Assembly (NCBI GenBank): GCA_033763455.1
Contig: JANRKO010000020.1
Span: 41,311-105,310 of the forward strand
Origin: Polyangiaceae bacterium
GTDB taxonomy: Bacteria > Myxococcota_A > Polyangia > Polyangiales > Polyangiaceae
Direction of reading: 5' to 3'
Length of the DNA stretch: 64,000 bases
Shown here: positions 1 to 10,967 of the stretch, piece by piece
Numbering within the stretch: position 1 is the first letter of the stretch
How the letters are laid out: each line of letters starts with the position of its first letter
Translations under genes and position numbers: made by a program
Notes under the pieces: generated by a model
What the model was told of the DNA's origin: nothing
What the model saw: the letters and a program-made list of their open reading frames with translations, nothing else
Database searches by the model: none

Positions 1-359
1 ACAAGAGTGTGCTCAACATCTGGCACACTAAAACTTGAGCCCGGCTTGGCCACTACATCCACGGCGCCGCACTCAAAAGCGCGAAACGCCACTTCACTAT
101 TTTCGGGGGCGAGCGAGCTCACCACAACTACCGGAAGCGGGTGGTGCACCATCAGCTTCTTCAAGAAGGTAAGGCCATCCATGCGGGGCATTTCGAGGTC
201 CAGAGTGAGCACATCGGGAGAAAGCTCCTGGATCCGCTCACGCGCGATATACGGATCCCCGGCCACCCCCACCACTTGGATGTCCGGGAACTTACTCAAT
301 TCCCGAGTGAGGACTTTTTGCACCACCACCGAATCATCAACGATTAATACGCGAATCAT
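1..359 (-). CDS. cheB: Chemotaxis methylesterase CheB, N-terminal REC part (runs off window start; missing from ORF track)
   Basis: Manual translation from ATG at 359: MIRVLIVDDSVVVQKVLTRELSKFPDIQVVGVAGDPYIARERIQELSPDVLTLDLEMPRMDGLTFLKKLM, a CheB-type receiver; directly follows cheD. Confidence 0.9.
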   Translation of the reverse strand, partial: MIRVLIVDDSVVVQKVLTRELSKFPDIQVVGVAGDPYIARERIQELSPDVLTLDLEMPRMDGLTFLKKLMVHHPLPVVVVSSLAPENSEVAFRAFECGAVDVVAKPGSSFSVPDVEHTL

Positions 360-443
360 TGTGCCTGCCTCTCGCCGCACGTTGCAACGTCCACCCATTC
401 ACGGAATGACACGCGGTGAACTCTCCTTGCTTTGTTACTGCTT

Positions 444-965
444 TCAAAGTTCACGCAACTCTCCCCCGCTGCGCACTGTCACCCGACCCGTGCCAAGCTC
501 CAACTCCAGGGTGCGGGATTCATGACCGCCCGTGTCTTCCGCCTTTATCATTACGCCGTTTTTCCAGAGCATTTTGCGGAGAGCGACCATATTGCGCTTG
601 CCGATCTGAAAGACATCCTGCGCCTCGTCCCCAAAGCTTGCTCCACCCGCAACTTTGAGAACCATTCGCGATTTACTTGCACCAAGGGCGTAGCTACTTT
701 TAAACAACAACGGCAGGCCAGTATCGACAAAAGTCGCTGGGAAGGCTTCCGCGCGGTCGAGAGCAACCTTCGAGTCCGGCATCATGACGTGCAGCATCCC
801 GCCAACACCCGCCACCTCATCGAACACCGTAATGCCTAAGCAGCTACCCAAAGCGTGAGTGATGATACTTTGAGTACGGTCTTTCGAGACCCGAAACTCC
901 GCGATGCCCACCACCAACCGGGATACCGGTTGCAGCAACTGGCTCGAACCGCGCTGTGAATTCAT
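444..965 (-). CDS. cheD: Chemoreceptor glutamine deamidase CheD
   Basis: LGSCLGI, GGMLHVMMP, KVAGGA, IGKRN, EDTGG motifs; ATGA overlap with cheR stop. Confidence 0.95.
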   Translation of the reverse strand: MNSQRGSSQLLQPVSRLVVGIAEFRVSKDRTQSIITHALGSCLGITVFDEVAGVGGMLHVMMPDSKVALDRAEAFPATFVDTGLPLLFKSSYALGASKSRMVLKVAGGASFGDEAQDVFQIGKRNMVALRKMLWKNGVMIKAEDTGGHESRTLELELGTGRVTVRSGGELREL

Positions 966-1780
966 CGCCGATAAACCGCCGGTTCAACGTAGTGAAAGGG
1001 ATGCCCCGTTTGGCCCAAGGACTCGCTCATCCCTATGAACAGGAGCCCGCCTGGAGCCAGTAAATCATAAAAGCGACCCACCACCCGAAGCCGTGTGGGC
1101 AGATCGAAGTAGATCATCACATTGCGGCAAAAAATTGCATGAAATGGGCCCCGCATCGGCCAACTTTCCATCAGATTCAGGCGCGCAACGTGAACACGCT
1201 CGCGAAGGGGTGCACGCACCCTATGTCCGGCGGGCACACGCTCGAAGTGTTTGGCTCGGCGCGCCTCATCGACGCCGACAAGCTGATCTTCATCGTAAAT
1301 TGCTGCCCGGGCAACGCCGAGTACCCGTGATGAAATGTCTGTGGCCAGGATCCGCGCCTGCCGAAACGCTGAGGGCTCAAGCTGCTCGGCTAGCAACATG
1401 GCGAGCGTGTAGGGCTCCTCGCCGGTAGAGCACCCCGCACTCCAAATGCGCAACGGCTCCTCCGCGGCCGAAACTCCAAACCCCTCTTCCACCAAAAGGT
1501 CAAAATGGCGAGATTCCCGGAAGAAGTTGGTCTTGTTGGTGGTGAGCACATCCACCATTTCGGCCAGCTCTTTAGGGTCCGCCTCTACGAGGTCCAAGTA
1601 GCTTGAGTAGCTTGCTACCCCTAGAAGCCGCATTCGACGTTGTAGGCGGGTGCCCACTAGGGCCTGCTTTCCATCACGGTACTCAAGCCCGGCGGCTTCA
1701 TAGGCAAGATGCGCAACCCGCTCGAATTCAGCTGCGCTGAGAAGATCGCCATTTGCCGACTGAGCGGAAGATGAATTCAA
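962..1780 (-). CDS. cheR: Chemotaxis methyltransferase CheR
   Basis: [37 protein letters not shown]. Confidence 0.95.
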   Translation of the reverse strand: MNSSSAQSANGDLLSAAEFERVAHLAYEAAGLEYRDGKQALVGTRLQRRMRLLGVASYSSYLDLVEADPKELAEMVDVLTTNKTNFFRESRHFDLLVEEGFGVSAAEEPLRIWSAGCSTGEEPYTLAMLLAEQLEPSAFRQARILATDISSRVLGVARAAIYDEDQLVGVDEARRAKHFERVPAGHRVRAPLRERVHVARLNLMESWPMRGPFHAIFCRNVMIYFDLPTRLRVVGRFYDLLAPGGLLFIGMSESLGQTGHPFHYVEPAVYRR

Positions 1781-4260
1781 TGCGGTAACCCTGTTCTAGC
1801 GATCAGGTCGCGCCGGCGCGCAATAGAGGCAGTCCCCGTAGGCCTTCTTAGGGGGATCACATCCTCTTTGCTCAGCTTGAATGCACCCACGAGCTCCTTC
1901 ATGCTGCGTGCCTGCTCCGAGAGATGCAGGGCAGCGCTGGCGGCCTCTTCGGTGGTTGCCGCCGTGTGTTGAGTGGTTCGAGAAATGTCTTCTACGCCCA
2001 AGTGGATCTGCGAAACCCCTTGGCTTTGAGCCTGGGCGCGCTGGGCGATATCCGACATGATGTCCACCATTCCTGAAACTCCACGGGAGATCCCTTCGAA
2101 CCCTCTCGTCAGTTCCCCGGTGAGGTGCGCCCCCTTCTCCGAGTGCGCCACCGACGCATCAATCAACTCGGCGGTACTTTTCGCAGCGTCCGCGCTGCGT
2201 GTGGCCAGGTTGCGAACTTCTTCCGCAACCACCGCAAACCCTCGGCCCGCCTGCCCGGCTCGCGCTGCTTCCACTGCTGCGTTGAGGGCTAAAAGGTTGG
2301 TCTGGAAGGCTATCTCGTCGATTGTGCGCACGATTTTTGCGGTTTCGGCCGAAGATGCCCGGATCTTCTGCATGGCGTCAGCTACACGCTCCACAAGCTC
2401 TTGACCGCTCGTGGCGCTCCGCCGCGCATCTTCGGCAAATGTACGTCCTTGGTTGGCGCTCACAGCCGTGCTCTGCGAAGCAGAATTGATCTCCTGGAGG
2501 CTCGCCGAAATTTCCTCTAACGCGCTCGCTTGCTGACTTGAAGCTTGCGCGAGTGACTGGCCACCGTCGGTAATTTCAGCAGCCGCCGCGGCCACCTGAT
2601 CCCCAGATTTGCTCACCTCACCGAGTGCCGTGGAAAGAGAGGCCAGGGCCGTGTTGAGAGACTGCTTGATGGCGTCGTAATCCCCTGTGTAAACGCCTGT
2701 CATGCGCACGCTGAGGTCACCCTTTGCCACAGCCTCGAGCACGTCACGGGAGGCGTTGATGGGAGCACTCACTGCCTGCAGCATGGCGTTCATCCCAGCT
2801 AGTAGCTCCCGGTAGACGCCACCCAGATCTTCAGTCTCCGCACGGTTCGACAATGCACCAACTTTGGCCGACTCGATAAGCTGCGCAGTTCGCTGCACCA
2901 GGCGTTCGAGTGCGGCATGGGCCACCAGGAAGCTTCGATTGAGTTCATCTTTTTCCCCCGCCAGCTGGGGCCTCACTGAAAGGTCACCACGCCCAAGCGC
3001 TTCTGCCACCCGAGCGACCTCGCGTGTGTAATTCGTCGTATCGCGCAGCGCCTCGGCCAACTCCCCCACTTCGTCCGTTCCCTCGTGGGTCACGCTCTGG
3101 CTAAAGTTACCGTGTGAGATAGCGCGAGCCGCAACTGCCATCTGAGCGAGGGGGGCCGCAAAACGCTTACCAATCCACCAGCCCAGAAGCAGGCAAAGCA
3201 CAGCCGTGGCTCCGGCTAATATCGCGAGAGCTCGCCGGACGTCTGCGCTTTGACTTAGAGCCTGGTCAGTCGATATCCGAACCATCACAGTCCACGGCAT
3301 GCCCGCGAACCCCATGGCCCCTCTGAAATGACTGTACCCGACGACTTGAGGAACCTTCTTCCTCAGGTGTTCCGCGACGAGTGTGCCCTGCTCCCCCTTC
3401 AACGCCTTTCTTATCGCTGCATGGTCCGCCAGTGAGAACTTCAACAACACGCCGCGGTCACGCGCTAGCTCCTTTCCTGCGCCACGAGTTGGATCATAGT
3501 CCACAAGGATTTTGCCCTCACTGTTGGTGAGTACGATATCGGCTCCCGGGAACCCCGCTTCACTGATTTCGGCGTGAGCGGACCGTACAATCTCCTCCAC
3601 CAAGGCCAAATCCGCGGTGTTGTGGACGTAGCCGACCACTTTACCAGAGTCATCGAACATTGGAGCACTGAAAGTCAGGACGTACGCTTCCCTGCCCAAA
3701 ACCTGCGCCAACGAATCATCGAAGCGTGCGTCTTCGATGTACGTGCCCGTTGCCTTGTCGTTGCCCGATCCCGCAAAGGGTTGTTGAGTCGTGAACCTGC
3801 CGGCTTGAGTCTCTTGAAACCACTTGGCCCCGCTCAGATCTCGCCCCAATAGCGTCGCGGTCGGCAGAGATTTGCCAGCCGCATCCTTCGAACTTACTGC
3901 CACAACTTTGCCACGAACATCCGTCACTTCTATGAGCAGGTAGACGCCGTAGAGACGAATGTACGTATTGAGCGCGTTTGTCGTCGGGGAGTCAACCTTG
4001 CCCCAATGCTCGGCATTCCTGAGCGTTGCGCTACTTGCGAACGCCTGCACGTCTCCGTAACGCTCAAATATGTTGCGGTCCACTCGGTCTCCGAGGAGCT
4101 TTGAGAAGATCGCAAACCGCGGATCCTCCAGATCATGCTTCTTGGAATCTTCACCTGTGGTAATCGCGATGATGGCCACGGGCACCAAGGCGAAGAGGCT
4201 GAGCACCGCAATGACTTTACGGGCTAACGTCCAACGGAATGCACTTTTTCTTAATGCCAT
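1777..4260 (-). CDS. Transmembrane methyl-accepting chemotaxis protein (Cache-like periplasmic sensor, HAMPs, MA domain)
   Basis: Two hydrophobic segments flanking a large periplasmic region; [23 protein letters not shown] hairpin; start moved to ATG 4260 preceded by AGGAG. Confidence 0.92.
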   Translation of the reverse strand: MALRKSAFRWTLARKVIAVLSLFALVPVAIIAITTGEDSKKHDLEDPRFAIFSKLLGDRVDRNIFERYGDVQAFASSATLRNAEHWGKVDSPTTNALNTYIRLYGVYLLIEVTDVRGKVVAVSSKDAAGKSLPTATLLGRDLSGAKWFQETQAGRFTTQQPFAGSGNDKATGTYIEDARFDDSLAQVLGREAYVLTFSAPMFDDSGKVVGYVHNTADLALVEEIVRSAHAEISEAGFPGADIVLTNSEGKILVDYDPTRGAGKELARDRGVLLKFSLADHAAIRKALKGEQGTLVAEHLRKKVPQVVGYSHFRGAMGFAGMPWTVMVRISTDQALSQSADVRRALAILAGATAVLCLLLGWWIGKRFAAPLAQMAVAARAISHGNFSQSVTHEGTDEVGELAEALRDTTNYTREVARVAEALGRGDLSVRPQLAGEKDELNRSFLVAHAALERLVQRTAQLIESAKVGALSNRAETEDLGGVYRELLAGMNAMLQAVSAPINASRDVLEAVAKGDLSVRMTGVYTGDYDAIKQSLNTALASLSTALGEVSKSGDQVAAAAAEITDGGQSLAQASSQQASALEEISASLQEINSASQSTAVSANQGRTFAEDARRSATSGQELVERVADAMQKIRASSAETAKIVRTIDEIAFQTNLLALNAAVEAARAGQAGRGFAVVAEEVRNLATRSADAAKSTAELIDASVAHSEKGAHLTGELTRGFEGISRGVSGMVDIMSDIAQRAQAQSQGVSQIHLGVEDISRTTQHTAATTEEAASAALHLSEQARSMKELVGAFKLSKEDVIPLRRPTGTASIARRRDLIARTGLPH

Positions 4261-4270
4261 CTCGGTGCTC

Positions 4271-5944
4271 CTAGAAATCCAGCAGGCCATCTTGGCCTTC
4301 ATCGTCGTCAAACGGGATTAGCTTTGCGGCTGCGTTGCCTGTCGCCTTGCTGAGGGTTTGATTGCGCTCGGGTGCTCTTGGCTTGGGCGGCACACTCTTC
4401 GGAGGTGGCGAGCTTCTGCGAGTCCCCGTGCTGGCACGAAGTGGCACTCGTAGCGCAGACGGCTCACGCGCGGGGGCGTACCCCTCGCCACTCAAAGAAA
4501 AGCCGGCAAGTAGCCGCGCGATATCCCCACTCTGACTAGTGAGCTCTTGGGCAGCTGCGGCCGACTCTTCCATCGCCGCTGCCGTCTGCTGGCTCGACCT
4601 AGACATCGATTCGACAGTCGCTCCTATCAGGGCCACACTCTGGCTTTGCTGCTCGGTGGCCAGCGCTATTTCCGCCATGACTTCCACCACCGCACCCACG
4701 CGTGAAGTAATCTCTTGAAATCCGGCAACGGCCGCTGCATTCAACTTAACGCCGTCTTCGGCGCTCCGAACTGACTCATCGATCATTCGCGACGTATCCC
4801 GCGCTGCCTCGGCACTCCGCATAGCCAGAGCTCGCACCTCTTCGGCGACTACGGCAAATCCGCGCCCCGCGTCACCCGCCCGAGCCGCTTCCACTGCGGC
4901 ATTGAGCGCAAGAAGATTCGTTTGGAACGCGATCTCATCGATGACACGAATAACCTTCGCCGTCTGGGTGGCGGTCGCTCGAATGCGCTCCGTAGCCAGC
5001 GACATTTTGGCGAGATCCGCGGCCCCTAGCACAGCGCTGTCGCGAGCACCCTCGGCCAGCCCTCGAGCTTGTTGAGCATTGGCCGCGTTTCGTTTGCCGC
5101 TTCCCATTACCTCCTGGAGGTTAGAGGTGATCTCTTCAAGCGCAGCGGCACCCTCGCTCGTCGCTTTGGCAACCACCTGCGCGCCCAAATTGATTTCAGC
5201 AGCTGCCCCCGCAAGGCTCTGCCCGGTGAGGGCTACCTGACTGAGAACCTGATCGATGGTCTCTGCCGCTTGATTTAAGGCATCCATGACCTCTCGATCC
5301 TCAGCGAAAGCTTCTCCCCGAACGGTGAAGTCACCCGTGGCCAGGGCTCGGGCAACTATGCCAAACTCGGCAAGAATTCGCGTCCGCTCAGCACGCGCGG
5401 ACTCAACATTCGCAAGCTGTGCTGCCTCTCGCGACATACGTTGCGCAAAAGCAGCAACTATTGCAGCATCTGCTTGAAACACGCAAAAAAGAGCTTCCCG
5501 AAACCGAACCAGAGAGGCTCCTTTAACACCCGCGGCCGACGCGGTGGCAAGAAGCCCGTCCTTTAGATCAGTCTGTGCATCCAACAGCCAGAACCTGTGG
5601 TCGCAATCAGAGAGGCGCACCAGTTTCTCACGCGTAGCGAGGGCCCCATCACCAAACGTTCCAGCGAAAATCGAGTCAAGATACGCAGGCAATTGCCCCC
5701 GAGCTTCATCTTGTGCTTTCACGTCCGCCCCGAGCCTGCGGTCACGCTCTAAACGAGCCACCACGCTCCAGCTCAACTCCGCGAAACACCCCTGAACCGT
5801 CGCCCTATGAGTAGCAAGCTCATGCAGAGCCATCGGCAGGCCCGGATGAAACGCCAGAAGCGCAGCAACAGTCGAATCTGACACCCGCACCTCCGGCAGC
5901 GCGGTGATAGCCTGGTGAGCTCGGAAGAAAAACCAATTAAACAC
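4271..5944 (-). CDS. Soluble MCP with degenerate protoglobin-like N-terminus and C-terminal tether-like tail
   Basis: [23 protein letters not shown]; no clear TM; tail [16 protein letters not shown]. Confidence 0.88.
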   Translation of the reverse strand: MFNWFFFRAHQAITALPEVRVSDSTVAALLAFHPGLPMALHELATHRATVQGCFAELSWSVVARLERDRRLGADVKAQDEARGQLPAYLDSIFAGTFGDGALATREKLVRLSDCDHRFWLLDAQTDLKDGLLATASAAGVKGASLVRFREALFCVFQADAAIVAAFAQRMSREAAQLANVESARAERTRILAEFGIVARALATGDFTVRGEAFAEDREVMDALNQAAETIDQVLSQVALTGQSLAGAAAEINLGAQVVAKATSEGAAALEEITSNLQEVMGSGKRNAANAQQARGLAEGARDSAVLGAADLAKMSLATERIRATATQTAKVIRVIDEIAFQTNLLALNAAVEAARAGDAGRGFAVVAEEVRALAMRSAEAARDTSRMIDESVRSAEDGVKLNAAAVAGFQEITSRVGAVVEVMAEIALATEQQSQSVALIGATVESMSRSSQQTAAAMEESAAAAQELTSQSGDIARLLAGFSLSGEGYAPAREPSALRVPLRASTGTRRSSPPPKSVPPKPRAPERNQTLSKATGNAAAKLIPFDDDEGQDGLLDF

Positions 5945-5947
5945 AGC

Positions 5948-6442
5948 TCAATGCCCTTTCCCGCCGGCTACTCGTGCGGGCTCTTCGGTCGCAAGGATGC
6001 GATCTATATCGAGTATCAACCGCACCCGACCCTCTTGCTTGGCGACCCCCAACAGATATGAAGTATCTACGGACACTCCAAATTCAGGCGAAGGCGCGAT
6101 CTCGCCAGGCGCCAGTGTCACCACCTCGGACACGCGGTCCACTAGAAGACCAACTTCCCGGCCACGAGACACGACGACCACAATGCACGTCTCTCGAGTT
6201 GCAGCAGCACGTGCCATCCCGAAGCGGCAGCGCAAGTCTATCACGCTAATAATCTTGCCACGCAAGTTAACCACACCGGCAACATATTTAGCCACCCGTG
6301 GCACCACCGTGATTGGCATACTCCCCACAATTTCCTGCACCGCTAGAATCCCAAGCGCGTACTCTTCCGCACCCAAGAAGAAGGATAGGTATTGCTCTCC
6401 GTGAGGGGAGGAATTGTCGCTCGGTGCAAGTTCGGTGCTCAT
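5948..6442 (-). CDS. cheW: CheW adaptor
   Basis: YLSFFLGAEEY, GVVNLRGKIISVIDLR, GLLVDRVSEV. Confidence 0.95.
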   Translation of the reverse strand: MSTELAPSDNSSPHGEQYLSFFLGAEEYALGILAVQEIVGSMPITVVPRVAKYVAGVVNLRGKIISVIDLRCRFGMARAAATRETCIVVVVSRGREVGLLVDRVSEVVTLAPGEIAPSPEFGVSVDTSYLLGVAKQEGRVRLILDIDRILATEEPARVAGGKGH

Positions 6443-6454
6443 GTTCGTCTCCCA

Positions 6455-8329
6455 CTAGCTAGCCAACGACAAGGGAACGTTGGCCTCATTTCGAGCGAGC
6501 AGCTTCAGCTCTGGTGGGTCTAAAATGAGCCCCACCCGGCCATCACCAAGAATCGCTCCGCCTGAGACGCCATCCACATGCCCCATCGTTTCCCCTAGGG
6601 CCTTTGCCACCACCTGTTGTTGACCTAAGATCTCATCCACCATCAGCGCGCAACGCCCATCAGAATCCGACAGAACCAGTAGGATTGCTTGGCTTGGATC
6701 CGTCTCCGCATCGGGCACATCGTACAAGCGATGCAAGCGGAACACTGGAATCAACTCCCCGCGCAACATCAGCATTTCTCCCCGCCCGGCAACGCTCGAC
6801 AACATCGATGGTGTGGGCCGGAGGCTAAGCTGAATATTAACCATCGGCACCAGGTAGCGCTCACTCCCCACTCGCACCAACATACCCTCTGTAATCGCGA
6901 GAGTTAAGGGTACGAAAATGCTAAACGTGGTGCCACGTCCCAGGGTGGAGCTGATATCGATTCTCCCTTTCAGAGATTCGACACTGCGCCGCACCACATC
7001 CATCCCCACCCCACGCCCAGAGAGATCTGTAACCTGCTGTGCTGTGGAAAAACCAGGCGCAAAAATCAGGTCATAAACCGACGCATCGCTCATGCCGGCT
7101 CCGCTCTCAATCAGCCCCTTAGAAATCGCCTTGGCGATCAGTCGCTCACGGTCGAGCCCACCGCCATCATCCGAGAGCTCCACGACAACGTTGCCGCCGG
7201 CGTGAAACGCTCGCAGCAAAATCTCTCCGTCGCGGGGTTTGCCCGCCCGAGCGCGCTCTTCCGGCGTTTCAATCCCATGATCCACCGCGTTTCGAAGCAT
7301 GTGCACCAGAGGATCCGCCAGAACGTCCACCATGTTGCGGTCGATATCTGTATCTTCCCCTTCAGTGCGCAGGCGAACCGCTTTGCCGCTTTTTACGGAA
7401 GCATCCCGCACCACACGGCCAAGCCGCTGGAAGGCCGCACGCAGAGGCACCATCCGGAGCGCCAGGCTGAGCTCTTGCAATTCGCGCACGATTTTGCCGG
7501 CATGGTTCACCTTCTTCTGCAGCTCAACCTGCCCGGGGCGCCCGAGGGTTTCGTCCTGCGAGACCATGGATTGCGCAATCACCAGTTCGCCTACCATGTC
7601 GATCAAGCGATCAAGTCGATCCGTCCTCACCCGCACTGAAGCCTCCTGAGCCGCCGCTGCCTCTCGGCGCACGGGTGCTTCGGCGACGGGTGCTTCCGCA
7701 GTGCTAGATGCTGGCCTCTGAACTGCGGTCGGGGCTGGTTTGAGTACTCCTGGTTCCGCTACAGAGGACGCTGGCGCCACTACCCCGTGTGCCCTTTCTT
7801 GTAGCTCTGCCGTCAGCCCTGCGAGGCCCTGCGGAAGGTAAGCTGGCCCGCCGCTAGTCGCCGATTGCACGGCCTCCACCAGCGCCTTGAGGGCGTCCAG
7901 GGAACGGAGGGCGAGCTGTGGCACAACTCCCGTGAAGTTGAGCTCCCGATCGCGCACCTTGCTCATGAGCGACTCGGCCACGTGTGCAAAGTGCGCTATC
8001 ACGTCGATGCCAAGCATTGCAGCGACGCCTTTCACGGTATGAAATGCTCGAAATACCGTCCCGACAGCTTCCATATCGTCGGGGTCCTGTTCCAAAGACA
8101 AGAGTGCCGTCTCGGCCTGGGCTAAGTACTCGCGTGATTCGGTAAGGAACTCGGAAACCAACTCCTGATCACGGTCAGCGGGCAGCACTAAGCGCTCTCG
8201 GAGCTCTTCCTTTGCCACCATGGCTTCCGAACTCTCGGACTCATCGAGCCAGTTTGGCTCCGAACCTGTGGTTACCCGAGGGGGGGGTTCGGGCGCCGTG
8301 GGTTTGGAAGGGGGTGTTTTTCTTGCCAC
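6455..8329 (-). CDS. cheA: Chemotaxis histidine kinase CheA (Hpt, dimerisation, HATPase, CheW; no obvious P2)
   Basis: FRAFHTVKG, HMLRNAVDHGIE, DDGGG, GFSTA, SGRGVGMDVV, PLTLAI; start uncertain. Confidence 0.95.
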   Translation of the reverse strand: MARKTPPSKPTAPEPPPRVTTGSEPNWLDESESSEAMVAKEELRERLVLPADRDQELVSEFLTESREYLAQAETALLSLEQDPDDMEAVGTVFRAFHTVKGVAAMLGIDVIAHFAHVAESLMSKVRDRELNFTGVVPQLALRSLDALKALVEAVQSATSGGPAYLPQGLAGLTAELQERAHGVVAPASSVAEPGVLKPAPTAVQRPASSTAEAPVAEAPVRREAAAAQEASVRVRTDRLDRLIDMVGELVIAQSMVSQDETLGRPGQVELQKKVNHAGKIVRELQELSLALRMVPLRAAFQRLGRVVRDASVKSGKAVRLRTEGEDTDIDRNMVDVLADPLVHMLRNAVDHGIETPEERARAGKPRDGEILLRAFHAGGNVVVELSDDGGGLDRERLIAKAISKGLIESGAGMSDASVYDLIFAPGFSTAQQVTDLSGRGVGMDVVRRSVESLKGRIDISSTLGRGTTFSIFVPLTLAITEGMLVRVGSERYLVPMVNIQLSLRPTPSMLSSVAGRGEMLMLRGELIPVFRLHRLYDVPDAETDPSQAILLVLSDSDGRCALMVDEILGQQQVVAKALGETMGHVDGVSGGAILGDGRVGLILDPPELKLLARNEANVPLSLAS

Positions 8330-8474
8330 GCAAACCTCGAAAAAGGGGGTGTAGGGTTACGAACGGCTGATCCGGACGTGTGTTAAGGTGCTGTTCTTTG
8401 TCTAAGTTCTGGCTTTCTCCGTGGCCAAGCCTTAACTCGAACCAAACACCAGCCGCTTACCTGGCAAGGCAAAC

Positions 8475-8879
8475 ATGGGGACAGCTAGATTTGGCACTTT
8501 TCTGGTAGAACGCGGCGCGGTGACCGCGACGGATATCATGCAGGCTCTCGACGAGCAGTCGCGAAGGCGGCCCGTGCTGGGGCGCTTAGCGATCAAGCAC
8601 GGATACCTAACGGTGGCGCAAGTGTTCCAGGTTTTGAACCAACAGGCGGATACCGGGCTCAAATTCGGCGAACAAGCCATGCGCCTCGGGTACCTCAAGG
8701 ATGCAGACGTCTACAGCCTCCTCCAGCTACAGCGCAGTGAAACTCCGCGCATGAGCGATCTTCTAGTACAGCTTGGCAAGATCTCTGAGCCCGCTCTCAG
8801 AGCAGCGCGACTCGCGTACGAACGTGAAGTTCCCGAGGCAGACCAAGGATCCACCAGAGGCGACGAACTCCGATTCTAG
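8475..8879 (+). CDS. Stand-alone tandem MshEN-like (putative c-di-GMP-binding) protein
   Basis: Four ~29-aa repeats resembling RLGxxLxxxGxxxxxxLxxxLxxQ (RFGTFLVERG..ALDEQ; VLGRLAIKHG..VLNQQ; KFGEQAMRLG..LLQLQ; RMSDLLVQLG..). Confidence 0.8.
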   Translation: MGTARFGTFLVERGAVTATDIMQALDEQSRRRPVLGRLAIKHGYLTVAQVFQVLNQQADTGLKFGEQAMRLGYLKDADVYSLLQLQRSETPRMSDLLVQLGKISEPALRAARLAYEREVPEADQGSTRGDELRF

Positions 8880-8883
8880 AGGA

Positions 8884-9366
8884 TCATGCCGCGCCCTTCT
8901 TTGACAACACTCGAAATCGCAGGCTCGCGTCGACCTCGCCCTCCTCTAGTGCAACCCTGACGTTTGCGTCGCCACTGGGAAGCTCCTCCCCGAGGGCAAG
9001 GATGCGCGGCGACATCAAATCAAACACGGCTTGGCCGCCAGCGATGAGCGGCAAAACGTTACCGCACACGATGTTGGCAAGCTCACGCAAAGCATCTTGT
9101 TGAACCGTTTCGGACTCGACGTCATCATCCCCCAGCATTGCCGAAGCGATGGGAGCGAGCATACTTGGCGCCACCGAAATCCAGAGCGTTCCCTCAGCTG
9201 GGCCAATGAACTCCACTGCCACCGCAACGCTTCCCCTCGGCAAGTCGGCCAGAGCGACACCGTTCGTGCCCGGAGGCGGGACGCTCGGTTGAGGCAGCAT
9301 GAAGCAAAGGCCTTCAAAAACCTGATAAACGGATTGCGTAAGAGCGGACGCCCAAGCCTGATTCAT
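8884..9366 (-). CDS. cheX: CheX-family CheY-P phosphatase
   Basis: DALRELANIVCGN (ExxN); GGAGG RBS before ATG 9366; follows cheY. Confidence 0.85.
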   Translation of the reverse strand: MNQAWASALTQSVYQVFEGLCFMLPQPSVPPPGTNGVALADLPRGSVAVAVEFIGPAEGTLWISVAPSMLAPIASAMLGDDDVESETVQQDALRELANIVCGNVLPLIAGGQAVFDLMSPRILALGEELPSGDANVRVALEEGEVDASLRFRVLSKKGAA

Positions 9367-9370
9367 GTTG

Positions 9371-9751
9371 TTAGCCTCCCGTCGTGGCCGAAATAATAGC
9401 GTCCACGAGCACCTCGGGGCCAAAGGGCTTCCGTATGAACGTGGCCCCTAACTGGCGGAATAGTTCGATGCGGGCCTCACTACCCTCCGTGGACACCATA
9501 ATGACGGGAAGCTCTGCCAACTTAGCATTAGCCCGAATGCGCCTTACCAATTCCTCCCCATTCATCCCGGGCATATTAACGTCAAAGAGCCCTAGATTAA
9601 TGTCCGCTTCGCGCGTCAAGACGTCCAGCGCTTCTTGCCCTTCGCAGGCCTCGTGTACTCGCCCAATCGGCAAGTTACTCATCCCCAAGACCCGGATGAG
9701 CATTTTGCGCATCACCGGGCTATCATCTACCACCAGCACCTGATAACTCAT
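9371..9751 (-). CDS. cheY: CheY-like single-domain response regulator
   Basis: VLVVDDS, FDVNMPGMNG, MVSTE, KPF; start set at MSYQVL. Confidence 0.88.
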   Translation of the reverse strand: MSYQVLVVDDSPVMRKMLIRVLGMSNLPIGRVHEACEGQEALDVLTREADINLGLFDVNMPGMNGEELVRRIRANAKLAELPVIMVSTEGSEARIELFRQLGATFIRKPFGPEVLVDAIISATTGG

Positions 9752-9806
9752 CGTTCGTTTCCTTCCCAAAGAACTCGCGCCAAAGCTCCCACTCTCCCCC
9801 GTACTG

Positions 9807-10292
9807 TCATCGGCGCCCAAGTTCGATGATGTCTTCCGTTGAGAGGATGGCGTCTATGTCGAGCAACAAACGAACCTTGCCGTTTGCCTTGCATATGCCC
9901 AAGAAATATTCAGCAGCCATGCCACTTCCGAGATCTACCATCGCTTCGGTATCTGCGGAGGTGACGTCCCTCACCTCGGAAACGGTGTCGACAACGATGC
10001 CGAGCTCCATATCTGGCCGACGCACAACGATAATACACGTTTCGCGGCTCGCTTCGCGGGGTGGCATGGAGAACTTCGCACGCAAGTCGATTACAGGAAT
10101 AATCTTGCCGCGGAGATTAATCACACCTTGCATGAACGAAGGGGTTCCGGGCACGGGCGTAACCGGCATCATTCCGATAATCTCTCGCACCTTGAGGATG
10201 GCGATGCCGTACTCCTCGGCTCCAAGAAAAAAGGAGAGATATTTGCCTTCCAGGCCGGGCTTCCGTGGGCTGGTGGACGCGTTTTCGGTCAT
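9807..10292 (-). CDS. cheW: CheW adaptor (paralog of 5948-6442)
   Basis: YLSFFLGAEEYGIAILKVREIIG, GVINLRGKIIPVIDLR. Confidence 0.95.
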   Translation of the reverse strand: MTENASTSPRKPGLEGKYLSFFLGAEEYGIAILKVREIIGMMPVTPVPGTPSFMQGVINLRGKIIPVIDLRAKFSMPPREASRETCIIVVRRPDMELGIVVDTVSEVRDVTSADTEAMVDLGSGMAAEYFLGICKANGKVRLLLDIDAILSTEDIIELGRR

Positions 10293-10372
10293 GCTGTCGC
10301 CATTTCGTTGAAGGCCCTTGTCAACCTTACCTTAGAAGCAATAAGCGCTCGCAGAACAAGCGGCCGCCTGAA

Positions 10373-10416
10373 ACTTAAGTTTAGGATTCATGGACTTAAG
10401 TTTAGGATTCATGGAC
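10373..10416. repeat. Perfect 21-bp tandem duplication ACTTAAGTTTAGGATTCATGG upstream of cheW
   Basis: Copies at 10373-10393 and 10394-10414, plus AC. Confidence 0.9.
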
Positions 10417-10560
10417 GGAGCCCGGTGCAGGCAAAGCTGCTACTTCCAACCACACCAAAGCGCAGTTGCCGATGCGTTGACGGTCCCTATCTCAAAGTGA
10501 CACGTCGCTGACGCACACACGCCGTTCCCCACCCACCATCCAGCCTACAGGCCGACATCT

Positions 10561-10926
10561 TCAGCCTCCCAAAATCGGCTGGAGCGCCTCTTGAAAAGCC
10601 TCCGGTGTGAAAGGTTTGGCAATCAGAAACTTCGCTCCGGCCGAAGCCGCCTGTTGGCGCATTTCGACAGTTCCTTCCGAAGTGACGAACCCAAACGTAA
10701 CTTTCACGTCCCGTTCACGCAGCGTTTCGAGCAGCTGAATGCCCGTCATGTTTGGCATATTCCAATCACAAAGAACCAGGTGCGGCAGCTTCTCCTCGAT
10801 AGCCTTGAGGCCTTCCAACCCATCACCAGCCTCTCGAATATCGTGTTCTCCAAGGCCCGCCTGGCGCAACGTTTTCCGCACAATCATGCGCATGGCCTTG
10901 CTGTCATCAATAATCAATATATCCAT
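10561..10926 (-). CDS. cheY: CheY-like single-domain response regulator
   Basis: ILIIDDSKAMR, CDWNMPNMTG, FVTSE, KPFT; GGAGG RBS. Confidence 0.9.
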   Translation of the reverse strand: MDILIIDDSKAMRMIVRKTLRQAGLGEHDIREAGDGLEGLKAIEEKLPHLVLCDWNMPNMTGIQLLETLRERDVKVTFGFVTSEGTVEMRQQAASAGAKFLIAKPFTPEAFQEALQPILGG

Positions 10927-10941
10927 CTTGCCCTCCAGAAA

Positions 10942-10967
10942 TCTCTAACCGTCTCTAACCGTCTCTA
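10942..10967. repeat. 10-bp tandem repeat TCTCTAACCG x2.6 just upstream of the cheY RBS
   Basis: TCTCTAACCG TCTCTAACCG TCTCTA. Confidence 0.8.

Noticed and set aside
7..525. 172-aa plus-strand ORF and similar long shadow ORFs (e.g. 2057-2404, 9826-10311, 23486-23965, 42933-43979, 53405-54340, 58021-58659)
   Set aside because: Antisense or alternate-frame shadows of well-supported genes in GC-rich DNA; no recognisable motifs.
10355..10385. sigma28 promoter for cheW (TAAA-N15-GCCGCTTG, minus strand)
   Set aside because: The -10 match is only partial; too weak to call.
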